NCBI GenBank assembly: GCA_965226495.1
Contig: OZ245365.1
Span: 4,928,001-4,992,000, forward strand
Direction: 5' to 3'
Origin: Candidatus Marinacidobacterales bacterium
GTDB taxonomy: Bacteria > Acidobacteriota > Vicinamibacteria > Marinacidobacterales > DATDRI01
Length of the DNA: 64,000 nucleotides
Shown here: positions 57,008 to 64,000 of the stretch, piece after piece
How the letters are laid out: each line of letters begins with the position of its first letter
How positions within the stretch are numbered: position 1 is the first letter of the stretch
Position numbers and translations under genes: made by a program
The notes under the pieces: model-generated
What the model was told of the DNA's origin: nothing
The model's input: only the letters and a program-made list of their open reading frames with translations
Databases searched by the model: none

Positions 57008-58020
57008 TGCTTCGTGTCGGGATCAAAGGTGTCAGGAGCAAACGGGAAATTACCGAAGCCGTAGATCTCGGCGCTACCCATTCCTTCCGGCATCTGCCGC
57101 CAGGTCATGGCCCCGTCCGAAGTCTTGAAGACCCCGCGACGGGTACCAACCATGACATCGCTACCGCCGGGAGCCTTCGGCATAGGAATGGAAAGTGTCA
57201 GGACATTCTCTTCCTCGAGCTCTGCGGAAGCCGACTCCCAAGTCTCGCCCGCATCGTGCGAGATGAAGAGTCCTTCGTCGGTCCCTGCGAAGAGCGAGCT
57301 CCCCCACCAATAAATGCCAGGCACGCGCCGCTGGGCCCAATCCGATCCGCCGACCGGCTCGAAGTGTTCACCTCCATCGCGACTCCGATACACCCCCGCG
57401 CCCTCCAAACCGACGAAGACGACGGGCTCCAGACCGAAGTATCCCGACAGCGTGACGGAGAGGACGGCAACCGGTGGAAGCCCTTCTCCTAGCTGTTCCC
57501 AGCTATCTCCGATGTCGTCGGTTCTAAAGAAACCCCGCGACGCGGCGACGAACAAAGAGGGTCCCGGCCAATTCATCGCGTACACCGAACCCGTGATGAG
57601 GTCTTCGGCGACGTGCTCCCATTTCTCTTCTCCCGCCACCCGCGATCGGTACAAACCATTCCGGGTACCGATGAAAATCACTGGCTCGGACGGGTAGTAG
57701 AGAGACGTGAGAATCGAGACAACCTCGCCCCCTTCCCAGGTCTCCATCTTCCGCCACGATTCCCCGAAATCGTCCGACACAAAGAGGCCTTCGGGTCCGC
57801 CCGCGAATGCCTTCGGCCCGATGCAATGCCAGACGCGGATACTCAGAGGAAGACGGTGGCGAAGTGTCTCCCAGTACTCACCCCAGCTGTGAGAAACGTA
57901 GGGGCCTTGGGAGGTCGCCACGAACAGGCGCGCGAGGGATTGCGCACCTGTTTGCTGGAACGACAGGAAAAAGGACAAAAGTAAGAGTGCTAGGATTTTT
58001 GGAGGTCTTGTGCCGGTCAT
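57004..58020 (-). CDS. Secreted BNR/Asp-box beta-propeller protein
   Basis: Signal peptide; repeated S.D.G.[ST]W Asp-boxes. Confidence 0.85.
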   Translation of the reverse strand: MTGTRPPKILALLLLSFFLSFQQTGAQSLARLFVATSQGPYVSHSWGEYWETLRHRLPLSIRVWHCIGPKAFAGGPEGLFVSDDFGESWRKMETWEGGEVVSILTSLYYPSEPVIFIGTRNGLYRSRVAGEEKWEHVAEDLITGSVYAMNWPGPSLFVAASRGFFRTDDIGDSWEQLGEGLPPVAVLSVTLSGYFGLEPVVFVGLEGAGVYRSRDGGEHFEPVGGSDWAQRRVPGIYWWGSSLFAGTDEGLFISHDAGETWESASAELEEENVLTLSIPMPKAPGGSDVMVGTRRGVFKTSDGAMTWRQMPEGMGSAEIYGFGNFPFAPDTFDPDTKQ

Positions 58021-58039
58021 TCTTGTGCTCTAGAGCCAA

Positions 58040-58507
58040 TCAATTCGCACGCTCCGACGGCCTATCCCGGCTATTCAAGATGAGCGTCACTGGGCCATCA
58101 TTGACGAGTGAGACCGCCATCATGGCTCCAAATGTGCCGGTCGCAACCGAAAGCGTTGCGTCCTGGCGGAGCATGTCGACGAACCGCTCGTAGAGGCTCT
58201 CCGCCTGTTCTGGATGTGCCGCCTTGGCGAAGCTCGGTCGTCGCCCTTTGCGACAATCGCCGAGCAACGTGAACTGAGAGACGACCAATGCGGATCCCGC
58301 AGCCTCCTTGATGGAAAGGTTCATTTTACCCTGCGAGTCCGGAAAGATTCGCAGCGACCCAATTTTCTCGGCAAGCCACTTGGCGTCCGCTTCGTCGTCT
58401 TCGCCGGCGACCCCAAGAAGGATCAGCAGCCCCTTTCCGATCTCTCCGACCGTTCGCTCGTCGACTAAAACCCGCGCCGACGTGACTCGCTGCAGGACGG
58501 CTTTCAT
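58040..58507 (-). CDS. dtd: D-aminoacyl-tRNA deacylase
   Basis: [13 protein letters not shown] and NDGPVT. Confidence 0.95.
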   Translation of the reverse strand: MKAVLQRVTSARVLVDERTVGEIGKGLLILLGVAGEDDEADAKWLAEKIGSLRIFPDSQGKMNLSIKEAAGSALVVSQFTLLGDCRKGRRPSFAKAAHPEQAESLYERFVDMLRQDATLSVATGTFGAMMAVSLVNDGPVTLILNSRDRPSERAN

Positions 58508-58541
58508 TTTTTCTTGCTCATGTTCGCGTCGTCTCCCTTCA

Positions 58542-60296
58542 TCACCCGTCGTCATCCGTCGGGGGGCGTCGTTCTCGGACGCCGAACGCCCTCAGGACGT
58601 CGAGCAAGCTCACAACGCCTTCGAGTGTGTGAACATTCGCGCGGGATACCACCGGAAGCAGATCGAAGCCGGTAGACCCCATGCGTTCCAACGCCAAATC
58701 GAGGGAGTGGTCGGGATGTACGTGGGGGAATCGTCTCCAGTCAACGAGATCTCCGATCTTTTTCTCGCCCTCGCCCTCACCGGACGCGGCATCCAGCTGA
58801 ACGAGTGATATCACACCCCACACCCCCTTTTCGTCGGCTACCGGCCATGCGGACAGGCTACTACGACTTCCCCGCTCCAGAGCCTCCGTCACGGTCATTT
58901 GGGGCGAGAGCAACTCGCTCGGTGCATGCATCGCTAGCCGCACCGGCAAATGTCTTTTCCCGGTCTCCACCCCCGGTAGGTGAATGCCTTCCTGTAGGGC
59001 AAGGGCTTCGTAGATCGGTTGACGCTGCAATTTATACGAAACGAAGAAGCTAATAAGGTTGGAGATCATCAGCGGAACGATGATGGCGTAGTCGTGAGTG
59101 AATTCGAAGATCATGATCACCGAAGTCATCGGCACCCTTAGAATGCCGGCGAACGCGGTTCCCATGCCGACGAGCGCGTACGCACCGGGGGTAGCGGTGA
59201 CCTCGGGAAAGAGAAAATGCGCCACGCTCCCTACCGTTCCTCCAACCATCGCTCCGATGAAAAGGCTAGGTCCGAAAATGCCGCCGGCGTTACCCGATGC
59301 GTAGGACGTCACGACTGCTATCAACTTCAACACGACGAGTACGGCCATCATCTGGATGGCCATCTTTCCATTCAACGCATCGCCCACCGAGTCGTAACCT
59401 ACGCCGAGAACCGCCGGCACAAAGAAGCCCAGCACGCCCACCACCACCCCCCCCACCGCGGGCTGAACCCAACGCGTTTTACGAGGCATGTTCAGAAATC
59501 GCTCGCGCAGCCGGAGAATCGTTTTGACGAAGACGACCGACACCAGGCCACCGATCAAACCGAGCAGCGCGTAGATTGCGAACTCGATCGGGTGCACGAC
59601 TTGGTACTCGGGAACGTGAAAGAGGGGCTCATCGCCCAAACTCAATCGAAGGACCAGCCACGACGTCGCGGAGCTCAAGACGACAAAGCCCAATCCCGGA
59701 GCATGGAGGTTTCCGACCACTTCTTCCATGGCGAACAAAACGGCGGCGATCGGTGTATTGAAGGCGGCAGCGAGCGCCGCAGAGGACCCGACCGGCAGTA
59801 GCGACTGAACCTTTTCACGTGGCAGACCGAGCGTTCTTCCAACGACGGAGGCGATACCCGCCCCCATCTGAACCGATGGGCCTTCCCGGCCAAGGGCGAT
59901 CCCGCTGGCGAGAGCGGTGGATGAACAAAAAAACTTGCCGAAGACCGTCCGGAAGCTGATGAACCCGCCCTGGGCGAAAAGCGCCGCCTTGGTTTGTGGA
60001 ATGCCGCTACCTCGCGCCTCAGGAAAGTAACGATAGAGCAGAATGCCGGTACCGAGAGCGCCGACAATAGGAACAAGGATGCGCCGCCAAGACTCTCCGT
60101 CCGGGGGATAAAGGGCCTCCCCCAAGCCCTCGGTAACGAGGATGAAGGCCACCACCGCCAACCCCACCAGCGCACCAATGAAGAGCGTGAGTACGAGGAA
60201 GACTTGGTCTTCATTCCTATCGGCGAGCTCTCGGAAGCGCTCTTGTAGGCGGAGTCTCCAGGTTGCGGGGATCGATTCGGTCGGCGTAGTGCTCAT
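58542..60296 (-). CDS. clcA: ClC family chloride channel / H+:Cl- antiporter with CBS domains
   Basis: GSGIP, GREGP, AMEE, GIFGP, PIY and a C-terminal CBS pair. Confidence 0.88.
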   Translation of the reverse strand: MSTTPTESIPATWRLRLQERFRELADRNEDQVFLVLTLFIGALVGLAVVAFILVTEGLGEALYPPDGESWRRILVPIVGALGTGILLYRYFPEARGSGIPQTKAALFAQGGFISFRTVFGKFFCSSTALASGIALGREGPSVQMGAGIASVVGRTLGLPREKVQSLLPVGSSAALAAAFNTPIAAVLFAMEEVVGNLHAPGLGFVVLSSATSWLVLRLSLGDEPLFHVPEYQVVHPIEFAIYALLGLIGGLVSVVFVKTILRLRERFLNMPRKTRWVQPAVGGVVVGVLGFFVPAVLGVGYDSVGDALNGKMAIQMMAVLVVLKLIAVVTSYASGNAGGIFGPSLFIGAMVGGTVGSVAHFLFPEVTATPGAYALVGMGTAFAGILRVPMTSVIMIFEFTHDYAIIVPLMISNLISFFVSYKLQRQPIYEALALQEGIHLPGVETGKRHLPVRLAMHAPSELLSPQMTVTEALERGSRSSLSAWPVADEKGVWGVISLVQLDAASGEGEGEKKIGDLVDWRRFPHVHPDHSLDLALERMGSTGFDLLPVVSRANVHTLEGVVSLLDVLRAFGVRERRPPTDDDG

Positions 60297-60351
60297 CGTC
60301 TGGAAAGCCAGACATTATACACCTTTAGAGCGTGTGAGGATTTCTCTTCTT

Positions 60352-60393
60352 CCGTTACTCCCTCTCCCTTTGGGAGAGGGCCTGGGTGAGGGT
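60352..60393. repeat. REP-like palindromic element, copy 2
   Basis: ccgttactCCCTCTCCCtttGGGAGAGGGcctgggtgagggt. Confidence 0.85.
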
Positions 60394-60404
60394 ATGGACG
60401 AAAC

Positions 60405-62597
60405 CTATCGAGTAGGCTTCACAGCACGGAGGGCTTTTAGGATCTGCTCGGGCGTCTGGAAACGCTCTTCGGGATCCTTCTTCAAGCAGCGCATGACGAT
60501 CGACTCGAGAGCGGGCGGTACATCCGGACGAAGGGACTTCAAGCGACGTGGCTTGGTGTGCACATGGTGATAGAGGATCTCACCTTCGACGAAAGGCGGC
60601 TCGCCGGCCAAGAGGTGGAAGACGGAGCCTCCGAAGGCATAGAGATCGGTGCGATAGTCGACGGGCTTTCCAAGAATTTGTTCCGGCGACATATAAAGCG
60701 GTGTCCCACTGGCCCGTTGGCTCCCCTCGTTCTTGGACTCTTGCAAGATCTTTGCGAGGCCGAAGTCGGCGATCTTGACGACGCGTTTTCGTGTCAGCAT
60801 CACGTTGCTCGGCTTGATGTCGCGGTGAACCACGCCGTTCCCGTGCGCATGACTGAGCGCTCTCAAGACTCCGATCATGAAATGCAAGACGGCATTCATG
60901 GGCAGCTGGTCTTCACGTTCCAAGATCCTGTAGTAGGACACTCCCTCCACGAACTCCATAATGATGTAAAGGCGACCACGATCGATGCCGAGATCGTGTA
61001 TGGCTACGATGTTAGGATGAGACAACTTGGCAGCGGAACGCGCCTCGCGAAGGAATCGCTCACGGATTTCCTCGACCTCCATGAACTGTTCCATCAACAT
61101 CTTGTAGGCCACCGTGCGGTCTAGTAGACGGTCGTGCGCGCGATAGACGATCCCCATTCCGCCCGCACCCAGTTTCTCGAGGAACTCGTAGCGCTCCCCT
61201 CCGCCTATCTCGGTGTCGAGAACCGTCTCCACGGACTCGGGGGCGGCCTTTGGCCCTGTTGACACTTTCTTTTCCAACTCTTGAAGTCTTCCAACTGCGT
61301 CCCGATAGTCATAGTCCTCGGCGACGATGTTACGAAGGATCTCGCATGCCTCGTCGATGTCGCCCATCTCCTGGGAGGCCTCAGCCAGCGCGAAGTAAGC
61401 GTCCATGTTTCCGGAATAGAGCGGTTGGTTTCCGAGCGCTTTCCGAAGCTTCTGGACCGCTACGCCCGGCAGCCCGCGTTCCATTAGATGCTCCGCAAGC
61501 TCTACCAAGGACGCCGAATACTCCGAACTGTCGGGCCTCACCTTCTGCAGATGCGCGATGGCCTGATCGACCATCCCGGCCTTCTTTGCCGCGACGGCAG
61601 CCCGATAATAGTGACCCGCCTCGCCAAACATTCGGGCCGCTTGGCCCATGTCTCCTGCCTTCTCGTAAAGAGCCGCGGATTGTTCATAGTCTTGGCACCG
61701 GCCGAACATCTCAGCGGCTCGCGCCAACTCGCCGATCCGTTGGTAGGCCTCGGCCGCCTGTCGGTGCGCCCCCGAGTGCTCGTAGCACCGAGCCGCGTCC
61801 AGATAGTTGCCGGCTTCTTCGTACACTTCGGCCGCCCGCAACGGATCTCCCCCGAGCAAAAACTCCACCGCCGCTTCGTTCTTCTGATCCTGCTTGTAGA
61901 GGGACTCGCCTCGCATTTGAGCAGCGCGCACGCGATCACCGGCCTGCGCGTAGACATCGGCGGCTCTGTCTACTGCGCCGGCACGTTGATAAAGGTCGGC
62001 CGCCTTGACGTAGCGACCGAGCTTCGCATAAAGAGCTCCGGCTTGTTCCCAGTGCTCTCCCCGCTCCAAAATCTCCGCCGCTTGCTCGAGGAGACCCGCT
62101 CGCTCGAAGGCGAGCCCGGCGAGACGGCAATAGCGAACGAACTCGGCGTGGTCGGTCGGGGAGCGGGTCCCGGCTAAGCTCCCAAAACGATCTTCGAGAT
62201 GGTTCCGGTAGTTCTCTGCCGCCCTCTTGTTGTCGCCGGCCTGTGAGCAGACCTCCGCCGCCTTTTCGAAGTGGCCGACCCGCTCGAAAGCGGAGGCCGC
62301 CTCGGTCAAGGCTCCGGCTTTGAGCAACAGGCGCGCCGACTCATAGTTTTGCCCTTGGCTTTGAAAGATCCCCGCGGCATCGCGGAATCGCCCCTGCTCT
62401 TCGAGCGTCTTGGCGGTCTGCTGCCAGTCACCCCCTTGAACGGCGGGGTCGGTAAGAGCAGAGGCCCCTTTGCCGCGGCGGAGTCGGCTGATTATCTTTT
62501 TCTTCCAGCCCGGACCGTCCTGAGACGCAGCCAGCACACCGCAAGCGGATGCCGCCAGTAGGCCGAGGGCGGTCAGACCCGGCTCAATGGCGAGCAT
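60405..62597 (-). CDS. Hanks-type Ser/Thr protein kinase with N-terminal TPR/SNAP-like repeats
   Basis: LGAGGMG, VAYK, HRDIKPSN, DFG and GTPLYMSPE; many 13-aa AAE.Y..AG repeats. Confidence 0.92.
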   Translation of the reverse strand: MLAIEPGLTALGLLAASACGVLAASQDGPGWKKKIISRLRRGKGASALTDPAVQGGDWQQTAKTLEEQGRFRDAAGIFQSQGQNYESARLLLKAGALTEAASAFERVGHFEKAAEVCSQAGDNKRAAENYRNHLEDRFGSLAGTRSPTDHAEFVRYCRLAGLAFERAGLLEQAAEILERGEHWEQAGALYAKLGRYVKAADLYQRAGAVDRAADVYAQAGDRVRAAQMRGESLYKQDQKNEAAVEFLLGGDPLRAAEVYEEAGNYLDAARCYEHSGAHRQAAEAYQRIGELARAAEMFGRCQDYEQSAALYEKAGDMGQAARMFGEAGHYYRAAVAAKKAGMVDQAIAHLQKVRPDSSEYSASLVELAEHLMERGLPGVAVQKLRKALGNQPLYSGNMDAYFALAEASQEMGDIDEACEILRNIVAEDYDYRDAVGRLQELEKKVSTGPKAAPESVETVLDTEIGGGERYEFLEKLGAGGMGIVYRAHDRLLDRTVAYKMLMEQFMEVEEIRERFLREARSAAKLSHPNIVAIHDLGIDRGRLYIIMEFVEGVSYYRILEREDQLPMNAVLHFMIGVLRALSHAHGNGVVHRDIKPSNVMLTRKRVVKIADFGLAKILQESKNEGSQRASGTPLYMSPEQILGKPVDYRTDLYAFGGSVFHLLAGEPPFVEGEILYHHVHTKPRRLKSLRPDVPPALESIVMRCLKKDPEERFQTPEQILKALRAVKPTR

Positions 62598-62798
62598 CGA
62601 TATCCTTGCTCACGACCGGCGCAGGATCGTTCGCAGACGACGTCAATTTGGAAAGGGGAAACACTTCCAACCATTATACCGGACGGGTAGCCGTTCCCTC
62701 ACCAGCGTCGCAAAGAAGTCTCGGCCAGCAGAAAAAAGCAATCCAAGTCCTTGATGGTCAACGAATTGGCAAGGGAGAGGCTTTTTGTCTAATGACCA

Positions 62799-62827
62799 TT
62801 GACACTCCCCGTGGCCGCTGCTAGAGT
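62799..62827 (+). promoter_or_regulatory. Sigma70-type promoter for Rhs gene
   Basis: TTGACA-17 nt-TAGAGT with extended -10 TG. Confidence 0.6.
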
Positions 62828-62927
62828 GCCCTCACCCAACCTGCTGGCCCGACCTCAACGAAGCCTCCCCTTCGAAGCCAGAGCCCAAGAAGTCTGCGAA
62901 CAGAGTGCACGTTCGGAGGAATCGAAC

Positions 62928-64000
62928 ATGGGCAGGAAGGTTTCGCTCTCCGCCCTTCTTGTGTTGGGGCTCACGTTTGCAGGATCATCGTGGGCCGATG
63001 AAGTCTTCGACGCCTGGGGCTTCGTTCAAAACCGCGACTTCTTCAGCCAGCTTCCCTACGAACATATCGATCCCCTGAGCGGGAACCTGCTACTGACGTT
63101 CACCGATCTGGTCTTACCTGGCAACGCGGGCTTCGAACCTCCGGATCCAGCGGACGTACAACAGCAAGATCTACCGAAGCTTTTCCACCTCCGGGGATCA
63201 GCTCGACGAGGATTCCCCTGCCGGCGTGGGCTGGACCATGCACCTGGGCCGCGTGCTCAATCCCGAAGCTCTCGGCGCGGGGCCGGTTATCGAAATGCCC
63301 GATGGCCGGCGCCAGCGAGGCTACACCCATGTGGACGGGAGCGGCCAATTCATAACCAAGGAATACTGGGTCTATGACGCCAACAGCATGCCTCCCGTCC
63401 TGAAGCTCCCCAACGGAGTGACCTACTCTTTCGGACACTTAGCGACACTGCCCGGGCTCGGCAAAGTTCGGTATGTCACCGAAATCTCCGATCCCTTCGG
63501 CAACCGAATCGATGTCGAATACGGGACGAGCTCGAACGCTCCACCTGAGGGGCTCTCGCGCGTCACCCAGTGGCTGAGCGGAAGCGTGAAGCGTGTCGTC
63601 ACCTTCACCTATGACAACGCCACGCGGCGCAGCGTCCGAACTCTTCAGTACTCCTCCGGAGGAACCGCCCGTACTTGGACTTACTCGCATACCACCGCCA
63701 CCTTTGCCGGCGTTCAGTACGGTCTGCTTACCAAAGTGACACCCCCGGTGGGTCCTTCCTGGGAGTATCGATACAACACCAACAAATCTCCCCGGTTCGA
63801 GCTCACGCGACTCACCACTCCGAACGGGGGACAAGTGGACTACTCCTACGACACCATCGAGTTCTTTCGGCCCGGCACGTCGACCGTGGTTCGCTCTCGC
63901 GCCATGGTCCGAAGAGTCACCAGTGGTCGCGACGTCCAGTCGGGAACTTGGGATTTCGACTACGCGCAGGGCAGCTCGAGGAACAAAACCATTTCGACCT
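62928..64000 (+). CDS. Rhs/YD-repeat protein with signal peptide, frameshifted at ~63136; runs off the window
   Basis: GGAGG SD and signal peptide. Removing one base restores DUF6531-like HIDPLSGNL...GF[D]LRIQRTYNSK. The downstream frame is open to 64000 and contains ISDPFGNRIDVEY and LTTPNGGQVDYSY. Confidence 0.8.

Noticed and set aside
1-64000. tRNA/rRNA genes, integrases, transposases, prophage
   Set aside because: None recognised by eye in intergenic gaps or ORF translations; tRNAscan and HMM searches were not run.

Overview
High-GC bacterial chromosomal segment of mostly core genes, with gene content and order consistent with Acidobacteriota, probably Vicinamibacteria-like (inference). 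It carries, in order: mazG (partial), comEC, rlmD, birA, a divergent valS, a RomR-like polarity regulator, icmF, a class III nucleotide cyclase, and the S2P-trpS-scpAB-rluB-cmk-rpsA-ihfB cluster. Next come uvrC, an ATPase-less metal-uptake operon headed by a DUF2946-like CxxC/RSPP ORF, lolA with an ABC pair, glcDEF, and a yjbQ-queD-folE-SDR pterin operon behind a structured leader RNA. The remainder holds two aldehyde dehydrogenases, bshA, a Ser/Ser dapF, dtd, a ClC transporter, a TPR-Ser/Thr kinase and the start of a frameshifted Rhs gene. No rRNA, tRNA, CRISPR array, transposase or prophage was recognised. The most notable points are: (1) a candidate new cis-regulatory RNA in front of a pterin operon whose FolE has altered catalytic residues; (2) a ValRS with a degenerate editing site; (3) a likely metal-sensing arrest peptide; (4) a DapF with both catalytic Cys replaced by Ser; (5) many short tandem micro-duplications. 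All assignments come from reading motifs by eye; no database searches or folding programs were run.
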